NCBI RefSeq assembly: GCF_006345805.1
Contig: NC_042997.1
Coordinates: 202,058,001 to 202,122,000 of the forward strand
Length of the DNA stretch: 64,000 bases
From: Octopus sinensis
Lineage: Eukaryota
Direction: 5' to 3'
The notes below the pieces were generated by a model. The model did no database searches. It saw only the letters and a list, made by a program, of their open reading frames with translations, and had not been told where the DNA came from. A program made the translations under genes and the position numbers. Positions 37,611 to 50,347 of this stretch are shown one piece after another. The number at the start of each line of letters is the position of its first letter. Positions within the stretch are counted from its first letter, which is position 1.

Positions 37611-39479
37611 TTAAATATGCAAAACCACCACAGACTCGAGGAATTAAGGATTTTTAAATAAGTTTCTCTCATCTATAAAACATTTTGTTAGTACTTATTT
37701 TCTGTATTGTTTTCATGACTGATAGATATTTCAACACTCCGATTTTCAGTGGAAAAGTACCGGAAGATATTTGACAAACTAAAACTTTGAGGATAGACTT
37801 AGAAAACCTAAATAAAAGATGGAACAAGAATTCCAACATTCTTACTTTATTTTGTAGACAATTAACCTTTTCACTTAATTAGCCCCTAGCTGTCTGTCTT
37901 TTTCTCCTTTCCCACACCCCACTTGCTGTCTTTCTCTCTCTCATTAGTTATTTACAGAGCTGTTCAACATTTCAGATGTTATGTCATGGAACTTACAGAC
38001 ACATTCAACTTCTTTTTCTTAGTTGGCATTTATCAAATCTTCAATGTTTCTTTATTTCTTTATTAATTTTGATACCAGTTTCAGTAAAATATAGATATAT
38101 TAATTTATCTTGCAAGATTAAAACTGTTTAATTGACACATTGGGTGTATGTGTGTGTGTCTCGTTAAACTTCAGTTAGGCTTTTAAATAAAAGTGCAGTA
38201 AATTTATTAGTGTAGCTGACATTATTTTCACTCCTAATTGGAAGGTTATGGGTCAGCATAATTGTTTACCATAACTCGTACTGGAAAACTGGAAGTAAAT
38301 CAACAAAGCCTGTTGACATGGCAACCAAAATATTAGGTATCAGAATTGGTCGGTCAAATTACATTCCAGTGTTTCTGAAATCACTGGAATATTTAATAAA
38401 GTTCAGTTTGCTATTGCATTTATATCAGTGCAACTAATTAAGCAAACGCTTTTTTAAATCAATCCACCCTCCATGTTGATAAATATTAATGTTTGTTTCA
38501 TTAACACAACATTTCAAAATTATCATTTTTCCTTTACTTACAATAAATAGTAGGAAAGAATTCCAATCACGTTTCTTGGTTCACTATTACCTCAACAGCT
38601 TCTTTATAGGATCCAGTGGCTAAAGACATCATCAGGAGGAACCATGTCCAATTCTAGCCCCTACACCTCTACCATTTCCGACATGGCACCCCACCCCTTT
38701 CAGAGGTGTCTTCAGCACTGGTATTGAGTGCGTTTTTTTTTCCTTTCTACTTTTTTCTTTGACATTTTCTTCTTTGGTTTCTTCAATGTAACATCACCAA
38801 ATGTCAGTGGGGCAAATGACCATCCTGCCAAATTTCCCTTTAAATACTTGCCAGTAGGCTCCAGCAGCTAGCACAATCTAACTGTCACATGACACTATCT
38901 AAGCTTCAACTGACCAATAGAGGGGAAGGGCACATAGTTTTGGCCCACGCCTTCTCTAAACCTACCTTCCAATGGCGTTGTGTTAGTTTCAGTTCCAGCT
39001 GCCAGAACCAACATCAAATCAGTCTTTTATAAAATTTGTAGCAAGTCTGACTCTTTACCTTTTTTTCCACAGTTTCCTCATCAGTATTCTCCTTTTCCTA
39101 CTTATTTTTCAGATATTTTTTCTTTTAGACCTAATTAATTTATTAGAAGAAAAAAAAGGTCTCTGACGACTATTGAACCTCTTTACAAAATGTGTTGAAA
39201 ATAAATTCTTCTTCTGAAGCCTCTGTTCTACTTGTACTCCCCAATCCCACTGTTCCCTATAGATAGATCCCAATACATCTCCAATACCATCTATTTTTCT
39301 CTCTCTTTCTCTAACTATGTCTCTGTCTCTCCCCTTCCTCTCCTGGGGTAGCTAAGTATCCCAACAACTATCTCCATCCCTCTGTTATACTCCAACCTCT
39401 CACCTGGCTCACACCCACTTCCCTCAGTTCCACTCCATCTTTCAGCTGAGAGTTTCTTTGTCTTTCAAGCTATTTGTTT

Positions 39480-39712
39480 AGGATGGTGCTTGTTTATGGT
39501 ACCACATAAAAATCCCTGGTGCTGGTGCCATGTAAAAAGCACTCAGCATGCTCTACAAAGTTCTTGGTATTAGGAAGGGCATCCAGCTATAGAAACCTTT
39601 CCAAAACAGACAACTGAAGCCTAATGCAGCTCTCTGGTTTTCCAACTCCCTTTGAACCAGCCAACCCATGCCAGCATAGAAAACCAGATGTTAAATGATG
39701 ATGATGATAATG
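39480..39712 (+). mobile_element. Group B 3' end
   Basis: Core, ccatgccagcatag, (gat)n tail. Confidence 0.8.
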
Positions 39713-39814
39713 AAGCACTAGGACTTGTAAAGTCGGTTACCCTGTTTCCATGATGTATAAAGTGACCAAGATCACAACATTCCCCTGAATGGAATATCAA
39801 CCCATTGCAAAGTC

Positions 39815-40012
39815 CAAGGTCAGCAAATTTGAAAGGGTGGGGTCAGTCAATTACACAGACCCCGGTACTTGGCAGGTACTTTATTTTATTGACACTGGAG
39901 GGATGAAAGGCAAAGTTGACTACGGCAGGATATGAACTCACGGTGTAAGGATCTGAAAGAAATGCCACTAAGCACGTCTGATGTGCTGATAATTTCACCT
40001 TCGTGTTGCCTT
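39815..40012 (-). mobile_element. Old SINE group C
   Basis: ggatgaaaggcaaagttgac core in reverse. Confidence 0.65.
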
Positions 40013-40551
40013 ATTTAGGAAAAGATAAAGACAGAAAAAGAAAAACGTTCTAGACAGAATTAACAATGATTGATAACTACATAGGTGGGAAAATGTCTGC
40101 TGTATTGGAAGATAAAGAATTTTAAACGACTGACACTATATAACTGTGAAATTTGGGCAATAGAAATAAATTCACAAGGCTTGAGAAAAAAAGTGTCAAG
40201 TATTATTTGGTGAATGTTTGATGTGAACTTTGATCTGAATACAAGTATAAATCTCCATCTTTGAAACATGACAACTTTAATGGGAACATAAGACTCTAGC
40301 CATTCAACTATGGAAGACCTGAAGTGTTATAGTTAACGTGACACTGTATAACAACTCAAGACAAAATGAGATGTGATTCCCAGAATTCTTGACTATTAAG
40401 ATTGCATGCAACTGTGAATATTGTCTCACCTTTCTTGGGATATAAAGTAAACAGAAATGTAATTTAAAATGTTCATGATAATTTTACATCCACTCTCTAT
40501 TCTGGCATGGGTTGGTCGGGTCCTTCTGGTCTGAACTGGTTCTTACTGGAG

Positions 40552-40875
40552 TTAACTGGCACTCCATCAGTTATGGCAACGAGGGTGTCAGTTGATCTGA
40601 TCAAATAGAACAGTCTGCTCATGAAATTAACATGCAAGTGGCTGAGTACTCCACAGACATGCATACTCTTAACGTAATTCTCAGGGAGATTCAGCTTGAA
40701 ACAGACTGTGACAAGGCTGACCCTTTGAATTACAGGTACAATTCATTTTTGCCAGCTGAATCAACTGGAGCAATGTGAAATAAAATGTCTTGCTTGAGAA
40801 CATGTGTAGCCAGGAATTGAACTCACAAGCTTATGATCATGACTCAAATACTCTAACCACTAAGCTACATGTCCC
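40552..40875 (-). mobile_element. SINE group D variant
   Basis: Head like 36921; 3' part like 22790-22935. Confidence 0.75.
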
Positions 40876-42812
40876 CACTTACTGGATTTACTGTTCTCTT
40901 AGATGGGTCAAATCACCACATCTTGTTCACACATGGCATGGTTTCTACAGTTGGATGTCCTCTTCCTGACACTAAACTCTTTACAGAATGTATTGGGTGC
41001 TTTTTATTGTAGTGCCAACACCAGAGAAGTTGTCATGTCCTCAACAAGAATGAAAACTTCTCTGAACCCCATTCAGAAGGTACTGGTGTACTGTGGCAAT
41101 CCATTGCGCATACTCGTGTGTACTTACTCCTGAAAACTTGCTGAACACTGGACACTGAAATCTGTTGACATTTCCTTGTGAGCAAATCATCTGGTAGCTT
41201 GGTGCTTTCAAAGACAAGTCACTAACCCTTCCTTAAAAAAACAAGGGTTAGTGACAGGAAGGGCATTCAGTTGTACAGACAATGCTTCAGAAATATTTGT
41301 TCATCTAACCCATGCCAGCATAGAAAAATAGAACAAACATATCTTATCTCTTACTGTCTTATATTTGTTTCAGTCATCTGGATTGTGGCCAAGATGGGAC
41401 ATACTTCAAGTTTTAGTTAAACAGACCTCACCCCCAGTACTTATTCAATTGCTCCCTTTGTTGCTATTTTGGAATGTGAGCAAACCAATACTAATTGTCA
41501 AGTGGTGGTGTTGGTTTCCATCTACCAAATTCACTCGCAAGACATTAGTTACAATACTTTCCCAAGCTATTGCACTGTGGGATTGAACCCAAAGCCACAT
41601 GGGTGCCAAGTGACACACACATGCTCTCACATACATACACTTATGTTGTTGTTGTAATTTTTATGATAGTGAAATATGCTTAACATTTATTGACAGCAAA
41701 GCAAAATATCAAATATATTATGTTTGTTATATGTCACTCATATGGAGTTTTCTGTTATTGTAACAGACTCCAATTTAAAACCAGGAAGCAGTAATGATTA
41801 GTGGAATGGTAATTTCACTCAAAATTATTACTGACCATATTGAGGTATAGTTGTCTTTTGTTCCCATTTGTGGAATTTGAAGAATGCCTGATGAAATTCC
41901 ACTCGGGTCATTATTTGATTTATGATTCCAAACGGTAATATTTGAACTTGGAAATACAAAAAAAAAGTCAAAGCACCAGAGATTGCTGTAATTCAAAGAT
42001 ATAAAACATAATTAAATGATATGATTCATTATTGTCAATGAGTGAAATTTAAATTCATTACATTAGGAATTTTTTAAAAATTCCGTTATTGTTATATATT
42101 CATTGTAAAGAAAATAGGTGATTCTACAAACCAGACTCATCCCTATCATAAATATAAATGTCCAATCTTTATAGATATTAAAATTCACATATAAAGTAAA
42201 TTCTTTTATATTTTATTTAATTATTGCTTCAATTTTTCTTTTTTTTTCTCTTCTATTGTTTTTTTTACCAGTGAAGATGAAAATAGCCAAATATTTTGTT
42301 TATATTTTCCCCCAAAACAACAATAAATTGGGTTCAAAATATCAAATAATTTATTTTATTTTCTAAAAAGAGAAACTTTATTTCTCAAAATGAAATTAAA
42401 ATTTCACTTTCATTTATAATTTTTGTTTGTTTTTTTTAAAAAAAGATTCTCTAATATAATTCCATTCTTTGTAATTTAATTTGTCCCAATTTTTTTTTTT
42501 TTTTTAATCATATAATTTAGATGGTGCAAGTGTATGAGTTGCCATAGATTTTCATCTCTAAAGCTTTTCACTGCCTGGTGAGGTCAAAGGGCAATTGTTA
42601 TTGGACTTGAACCTCTATAGATTAATGTCTGAAGGAGAAATATAGGAATTGGTAAAGTTCCATTGAAAGTATTACCGTTCTTGTTATATAAAGGTTTGGG
42701 AGGAAATATTTATTGCTTTGTTCTTGGAGGTGAGACTCAGTAGGGATAATGAAATGAAGAGAGCCAGGGGAATCAGGTGATAAAATACATGCTATTTAAA
42801 GCACCAGGAAAA

Positions 42813-42837
42813 GTAGCAGCAGTAGTGGTGGTGGTAA

Positions 42838-42868
<31 letters not shown>

Positions 42869-43022
42869 GGTGGTGGTGGTGGTGGTACTAGTAGTTGTAG
42901 TGGTGGTGGTGATGGTACTAGTAGTTGTAGTACTAGTGGTGGTGGTGGTGGTACTAGTAGTTGTAGCAGTAGTAGTAGTAGTGGTAGTAGTAGTAGCAGT
43001 AGTAGTGGTAGTAGTAGTAGTA
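42813..43022. repeat. (GTA/GTG)n trinucleotide tract
   Basis: Seen directly; source of the poly-Val and poly-Leu/Pro ORFs. Confidence 0.95.
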
Positions 43023-43420
43023 TCAAAGAGGTTGTATTAACATGCAGCTGATTGCAATGTTTTGCAGTGCAGATGTTTGCCAATCAGTCAGGTGACCAGT
43101 GTCTGTGCGTCTAGCAGTAGTTTTGTTCTTGATATGTCAGCTATTCTCATATAAAGGAGTTTACTTTGTTTCAGTATGTGCATTTAGAACTGAGGAAGTT
43201 TCCAACTTGGAAAAGGAAGCGTATGCCTTTGAGGTGCAATTTTTTTTTTTTTAATTGTCTGTTGGCACCATGAAAGGTCAGAAGAGATTGTGTGTTTAGC
43301 ATTTGTAAATTTCAGGAAAATTTTGTTTCAAAGTTGTTCATGATTAAAAGAGAGCATAGTATTGTGTTTCATTGGTATGTGTAATGGCTGTGTTCTGTGT
43401 ACTGCTGAAGGAAATTTGTT

Positions 43421-43728
43421 GCATGGCACGTAAAAAGCACCATCCGATCGTGGCCGTTTGCCAGCCTCGCCTGGCCTCTGTGCCTCTGGCACGTAAAAAG
43501 CACCATCCAACCGTGGCCGTTTGCCAGCCTCGTCTGGCACCTGTGCCGGTGGCACGTAAAAAGCACCCACTACACTCATGGAGTGGTTGGCGTTAGGAAG
43601 GGCATCCAGCCGTAGAAACATTGCCAGATTAGACTGGGCCTGGTGCAGCCTTCTGGCTTCCCAGACCCCAGTTGCACCGTCCAACCCATGCCAGCATGGA
43701 AAGTGGACGCTAAACGATAATGATGATG
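43421..43728 (+). mobile_element. Group B 3' end with internal tandem units
   Basis: Three ggcacgtaaaaagcacc boxes about 60 bp apart, then core and tail. Confidence 0.9.
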
Positions 43729-43732
43729 AAAT

Positions 43733-43965
43733 ATATATTTCTTTATTGCCTACAAGGGGCTAAACATAGAGGGGACAAACAAGGACAGACAAAAGGATTA
43801 AGTCGATTACATCGACCCCAGTGCGAAACTGGTACTTATTTCTCGACCCCGAAAGGATGAAAGGCAAAGTCGACCTCGGCGGAATTTGAACTCAGAACGT
43901 AACGACAGATGAAATACTGCTAAGCATTTCGCCCGGCGTGCTAACGTTTCTGCCAGCTCACCACC
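43733..43965 (-). mobile_element. Young SINE group C, tail-to-tail with group B
   Basis: CpG-rich copy matching 15459-15690 in reverse. Confidence 0.9.
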
Positions 43966-45294
43966 ATTATTGCATGAAATATAATTAGAATCAAAGTAAG
44001 TAGCAAACACGGTGCCATTATTTTCCCATTTATTGCTTATAGAAACTTTTTGGATAAAGAGAAGCATTCAGAATGTTGATACTCTCCCTAGTAAAGGACC
44101 ATAAAACCTATTTGTAATTTGGAATGTGAGAGATCCCTAATCTTAGATTTATTATGTGGTAGATTGAAAACTTTGAAGGAGAGAAATTTCCTCCTTGTAA
44201 TCAGTATCAAGGGTCCAACTGCATGTTGGGGTCTATTTTGGGTATTTGGGTTATGAACGTTTTGGGTTCAGTCTCACTACAAGGTGATACCTTGGGCAAG
44301 TATCTTCTGCTATAGCCTTGGGTCAACCAAAGCCTTGTGAATGGACTTGATTGATGGAAACTGAAAGAAGCTCATCATATATATATATGTATATGCTTTT
44401 GTGTGAATGGACGTTTGTGTTTCTTTACATCTGTGCTTTTTCACACAAAATCACTGCACCAACAATTTGTTAGTTTTATACCTTTGAAATGTGCAGAATA
44501 AAGTATCCATTACTTGAAAGTAGATAGGGGTTGGTGACCAGAAGGGTGTCAGGCTATAAGACAGAAGCTCAGTAATGTAACCAAAACAAAACTTTTTCTT
44601 GTTTGGAGGATGTGGAGGTACTTATCAAAAAGCATAACTTTAGTAGCCAGTCTTTGGTGGTTCCATGTTGAAATATATTTACTGTCAACATAGGAATGTC
44701 AGACTGTTGACCAATTAGCTGACTTAATATCTAAAAAAATCAAACAGAACTTTACCTGCAAAGAGGAGGTGGGGGTCATGTTTGATTCCTAGTCACTCTA
44801 GTATATGATACAATAAGTATTGGTCAGTCTAAAGTTCATGAGAAGAGACGGACTTCAGAACTTAAAAATGGTAAAACAGAATATGACTGCTGGTAATGTT
44901 AATAAACTGAAAGCTGCCTGTACAGTGTGTACTAAAATCTAACTCTCCTAAGATACTAATTATTTTAAAGTACCTTCCTTGCTGGATACCACGTATACCA
45001 CTTGTTACAGTCAGACATTTTAAACTTATTTATTAAAAGCTTTTTAGCTGTAAAGTAGGTTTTAGCTCTGAAGTAGAAACTTTTCATCTTGAAGGATGAT
45101 TATCTTATAAATTCACAAACCTTTATATGTAAGTGTATGCGATTATATTCGGTGCTTACTGTTGAATAATTTCTTACTTAGTTTATTCCTGTTTAGATTT
45201 TAGAGTGCTTTGAAAAAGTCTCTGGTCATTCTCTTTCTTCCACACAATTACAAAACTGAAGAAATAAGTTCAATTTCCTGGAAGACAAATATTG

Positions 45295-45640
45295 CTAGAC
45301 TACCCTCTGACTGGCCCCCGTGCTGGTGGCACATAAAAAGCACCATCCAAATGTGGTTGAGGCCAGTGCCCTCTGACTGGCCCCCATGCCAGCGTCATGT
45401 AAAAAGCACTATCTGAACGTGATCAATGTCAGACCCACCTGACTGTCTCCTGTTTCAGTGGCACATGAAAAGCACCCACTACACTCTCGGAGTGGTTGGC
45501 ATTAGGAAGGGCATCCAGTGGTAGAAACTCTGCCAGATCATATTGGAGCCTGGTGCAGCTGCTGGCTCTCCAAACCTCAGTCAAACCATCCAACCCATGC
45601 CAGCATGGAAAACAGACGTTAAACGATGATGATGATGATG
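45295..45640 (+). mobile_element. Group B 3' end
   Basis: Tandem units, core, (gat)n tail. Confidence 0.85.
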
Positions 45641-46143
45641 AGAATGTCATGCTAAACAGTAACAAGAATCCAAACTAGGGACCTCATTAGATCATTGGCA
45701 TCAAGGGTCTGAGGACAAGTATGGAATCTTCCTATTCAAATATTTCTGATCAGACTTTGTTTAACTGTATCTTATAAGAAACTTCGTAGTGGTTGCTTTC
45801 AATATTGAGACACACACACACTCTCACTCTCTCTCTCTCTCTCATGCCCATTGTAGCCATTCTTTCTAATTTCTCTATAAATGTGAATGTTTTGTCTTCA
45901 ATTCCCCCTTATCCAATATGTTGGTTGGATTTGTCATCAAGGTATTATCTCACTTGTTTATACCAGTTCAAAATTTTATCTGAAGATGGTGGATTGTATG
46001 ATGTAATTTATGAATGCATCAATAAAACTCTCAAAGGTGAAATGATACTAAAACATTTTATAATCAAACCCCAGGCTGACCAAAACTTTGTCACAGAATT
46101 AGGTAGATGAAAACTGAAAGTGCTCTATTTATGTATGTGGGTG

Positions 46144-46521
46144 CAGTGCAAGATTAATCATTAAGCAAAATGATCACATGCTTAGGGCATCAAAAGAAGA
46201 GGAGGGGCACCACAGAAATAGTAAATGGTTTACAGCACAAAAGAAATCACTACAAACTTGCTAGATTAATATTTTGGATGCCTTATCTCTAGTAAGTATA
46301 GAAGCAGATGTGTTATGTGAGATAAATTTTGAGAGAAAACTTTTCCAATATAAATAAAGTACAGAAATTAACATTATTTTCCATCTTACTGTTAGTTTTG
46401 AAAAGATGGAAAGTAAAAAATTATTTTATGGTTAATTATTGTTTATATTTTGAATTATGGTACAGGGGTCACCAAAATCTTTTAGGTGCTTAAGGCCTCT
46501 AAAGGTCTTAATCCAGCCCTA
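46144..46521 (+). mobile_element. hAT-type MITE
   Basis: Termini cagtgcaagattaa / ttaatccagccct; colinear with 60558-61362. Confidence 0.8.
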
Positions 46522-46974
46522 TGTGTGGTGTATCCTTGCATTGGAATGCAATAGTAGTAAGCAAGCAGCGCATCATCATCATACAAGCAATGTCCTTAGT
46601 TTTTGACCTTCCATAGAAACTTGTTTGGAAACAGGTGAAGTTCAGCAACAGGAAGGGCACTAAATTATGATATAACACAAATATAACCAACTGTTGTTAG
46701 GTGGGGCATTTATGTTTTATATAGATTATTCTTTTATCCTTTTAATTGTTTCAGTCATTTGACTGCGAGCACGGTGGAATTGATAGAAGAGAGTACCAGT
46801 TGAACACTGGGGGTCAATGTAATTGACTTACTCCCTCCCCTAAAATTGCCGGCCATATGCTAAAATGTGAAACCAATATTTTATCACACTTCTCCCAAAA
46901 TATCTGTTTGTTTCTACAAATGTACCAAAAGTTGTGAAACTATTTCACGGGTTTTACTAAAAATTACTTCTAAT

Positions 46975-47260
46975 ATTCGAGTGAGGTCGTTGTCAGTGCC
47001 GTTGGACTGGCTTCTGTGCAGGTGGCACATAAAAAACATCATTTGAGCATGGCTGCTGCCAGTACCGCCTGACTGACCCTCGTACCGGTGGCACGTAAAA
47101 GCACCCACTTCATTCTCGGAGTGGTTGGCGTTAGGAAGGGCATCCAGCTGTAGAAACTCTGCCAGATCAGATTGGAGCCTGGTGCAGCTATCTGGCTCGC
47201 CAGTCCTCAGTCAAATCGTCCAACCCATGCCAGCATGGAAAGCGGATGTTAAATGATGAT
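46975..47260 (+). mobile_element. Group B 3' end running into (ATT)n
   Basis: Core and tail. Confidence 0.88.
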
Positions 47261-47677
47261 TATTATTATTATCATGATTATCATTATTATTATTATTATT
47301 GTTATTATTATTTCAAAGACTATAAAAGTGCATTGATACATTCCCACTTTGAAGATGATTTAAATGATACATAACCATTTTGTTTTTCTTAAAATTATCT
47401 CCTGACTAAATTTATTTCTAATTATAACCATAAATTGCACAAAATCGAAATAGTGGCATTGATATTTTATATGTGTTGCTATCATTCTTATTTCTGGTGG
47501 TTAAAAAACTCCTCATAAACAATTTAACGTCATTTTTTTTCTTTTATTTATAAATCTTCTAATACTTTATTTCATACTTTTATCGTTTAAATTAAAAATG
47601 CTTCATGCATACGTACATATGCACTACCAATACCTGCATACAAAAAAATTCCAAATTGTAGCTATATGTATATATAA

Positions 47678-48132
47678 GCCAAGCAAAATTGCAGTCATGG
47701 AAGATACTAGTGTTACGCAAATTGGCACCCATGCTGGTAGCATGTAAACACACCCCAGTATCACATGAATGGCACCCATGCCAGTGGCACATAAAAGCAC
47801 CCTTTGCACTCTCGGAGTGGTTGGTGTTAGGAAGGGCATCTAGCCATAGAAAATCATGCCAAATTAGACAGGAGTCTGGTGCAGCCTTCCAGCATGCCAG
47901 CTCAGTCAAACCATCCAACTCATGCCAGCATGGACAACAGACGTTAAATGATGACGATGATGAAGAGGATATATACATATGGTTGGCATTAAGAAGGGCA
48001 TCCAGCCGTAGAAAACCATGCGAAATCAGACTGGAATCTGGTGCAGCCTTCCAGCTTACCAGCCTTGGTCAAACCACCCAACCCATGCCAGCATATACAA
48101 TGGACGTTAAATGAAGAAGAAGCAGAAGAAGA
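47678..48132 (+). mobile_element. Two tandem group B 3' ends
   Basis: Copies at about 47678-47963 ((gat)n tail) and 47980-48132 ((gaa)n tail). Confidence 0.85.
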
Positions 48133-48140
48133 TACACAAA

Positions 48141-48175
<35 letters not shown>

Positions 48176-48178
<3 letters not shown>

Positions 48179-48376
48179 GATTGCCATGTTGAATCGCTAG
48201 CTTCTGCACGCATTTTTTTTCTCTGTGTTTCTTTTCTGTGTATCTTTCTGTTGAAGAGCGTAGGCTCAAAACGTAAAAGACTTGTTTTATTTATTTTCCT
48301 GAGCGCTATACTAATACAATTGTTTGTTTGTACTCCACCTGCCTTCGTCTTTTGTTTAATTTCAAAAAGCTTCCCG

Positions 48377-48378
<2 letters not shown>
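48176..48378 (+). mobile_element. Microsatellite-embedded element of about 200 bp with a hammerhead-like fold
   Basis: Between (TATC)n and (TA)n; homologous to 61817-61996; TCTTT CTGTTGA A GAGC GTAG GCTC AAAA CG TA AAAGA at 48243-48280. Confidence 0.7.
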
Positions 48379-48429
<51 letters not shown>

Positions 48430-48857
48430 TGCATTCTCTTCTGATATTCATATATTCATTTAATTATTTTTTCTTTTACATTTCATTATATGTAAACCCC
48501 AAACACTTTCTGTCTTGTGTTGTCCCCCTCATCCTTTGCCCTGGTGGCAAATAAAAGAAATCATTATTATTATTATTATTTCTGCTTAAATTTTATATTT
48601 AATCAAGATTTGAATTAAAAACACTTAAATGAATGATGCAAAGATTCCATGAAGATTAAGCATTCCCATTTTAAAATGCAGTCCTTGAGTCATGCAGTTT
48701 CACCTACATTTGTCTAGGAGTTTATTTATCTATTTTATATTCAGTCTCCAAAAAAATCAAATAAAAGATGCACAGTTACCATTATGTGGGAAATATATCA
48801 ATACTATGTCTGTTTTGTTTGTGCATTTTGGAAAACACACACACATTGATACATACA

Positions 48858-48908
<51 letters not shown>

Positions 48909-49431
48909 TATATAGTATGTAGTATTTTAGTAGAGATTGATTTGAACTGAAATTCCATTTGATGTTTTTATTCATCATAATATAATGATATATCGACAAG
49001 TTAAATCCAGAAGATCAAAATTATTTGAAGATATCATAAATACACTTTTGTCTTGCTGACAAAAGGTTATTGATTCTGTCATTACTTATTTTGATGAATA
49101 AATTTCATTTTTGATGCTGCATAGCTTTCAGTTTTCAAGAAAAATACTTTCTATCGCTTTTTTCCTTTTTCCATTTTCCTTTCTTTTTTTTCAAATCAGT
49201 ATAGATTATGTGAGTGTGCAAGGCCGTGTAAAACAAAGTTATGGAGTTACGAAGATGTAAGTGTGTGACTGTGTGAATGCTAAGAATAAAGGAGAGAATA
49301 GAATGCTTCCATATGAATTAAATACATCTTTAATCTGTTCATGTATGTACTTATTCACATTGTGTACTCGTATTTACAGCAGAGATCTCATTTATGCTGC
49401 TTGTTACATGCAAAAACCTAATGCACTTTAT

Positions 49432-49444
49432 ACATATATATATT

Positions 49445-49522
<78 letters not shown>
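49432..49522. repeat. (TA)n(GA)n microsatellite
   Basis: Seen directly. Confidence 0.95.
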
Positions 49523-49526
<4 letters not shown>

Positions 49527-49644
49527 TACAGTGTACATTCAAACACATAAGAGATAACCAATAATAGGATATCTGACTCACTAGAAAGAGCAGTTAAAAC
49601 TCCAAGCCACTAATAGTTGCAATTCTGAAAGGGAATGAAAAATA

Positions 49645-49761
49645 AAAACATTTACCCTATTTTTCCTAGACTATGCATAGTTTCTGCAATCTTATATAAT
49701 TTAAAATAAAGTAATTCTAATTTATATCTTGTGCTGCTTCGTCAGTAGGATGTAAATTTTT
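49645..49761 (-). ncRNA. Type I hammerhead ribozyme candidate with complete core
   Basis: Minus strand UCCUA CUGACGA [long stem II] GAAA CUAUGCAUAG UC UAGGA; GUC cleavage triplet; stem I continues as AUUUAC/GUAAAU beyond an internal loop. Confidence 0.8.
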
Positions 49762-49972
49762 CCTTCTCGCTAGACCACCGGTAACAAAGTATTTTTTTAT
49801 GAATATTTTTGCTACCCTAAGATTTTTTAAATATATATATTTATTTATATATTATGATTGTGTTAGTGGTATTAACTTTGCACATCTAAAATGCACATAT
49901 GTGAGTAAGTGCACATTTGTGATAAATGCATTTTTATTACAAATATTAGAAATACGTATTGTTGCATCACAG

Positions 49973-50062
49973 TTTCTGCTGTATGAGGACCCAATCCAGA
50001 GCAGAAGCCTCGACATCAGCAATTCTCGACATGGGATCTAGACCTCCCAGTATTTCCGCAAG
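49973..50062 (+). CDS. Candidate 90-nt internal exon (phase 2-2) of an unidentified gene
   Basis: tgttgcatcacAG acceptor, AAG/GTAATA donor, GC-rich non-repeat island, one open frame FCCMRTQSRAEASTSAILDMGSRPPSISA; no homology recognised. Confidence 0.5.
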
Positions 50063-50119
50063 GTAATAGTGGGTGGGCTCTTTGGGCTTCATTCAAGTTT
50101 CTTTTTTCTTTTTTGTTAA

Positions 50120-50347
50120 CTCTTTAGCATTCAGTTTACTCTGTCAAGTGTAATGCTTTATTTCTTCACATGGTTTTGAATTAATCATGCATTATCTTGT
50201 AGCTTTGAAATTTTGATGATGTGCTTGTTTATTTTTAGAATGACATTGTAGGGTAAGTGTGATAGGTTGGATTTAGCTATAGGTTGGTTTCAACACAAAA
50301 CATGTAGAACATTTGGGCTGGATATGGCCAGTTTAAATGCTAAAGGG
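50120..50347. mobile_element. TTAA-flanked MITE, second family
   Basis: TTAA at 50116-50119 and 50348-50351; ctctttagcatt / aatgctaaaggg termini. Confidence 0.85.

Noticed and set aside
38312-38325. RFX X-box-like gttgacatggcaac
   Set aside because: Single imperfect motif with no promoter context; expected by chance in 64 kb
41880-41945. Plus-strand CUGAUGA
   Set aside because: Second box reads CAAA and stem II is poor; likely chance
42777-43083. Poly-Val and poly-Leu/Pro ORFs
   Set aside because: Translations of a trinucleotide tract
43328-43763. Recurrent peptides such as LDALPNANHSESVVGAF and WLALGRASS suggesting a gene family
   Set aside because: They are translations of the non-coding group B LINE tail, repeated across the window
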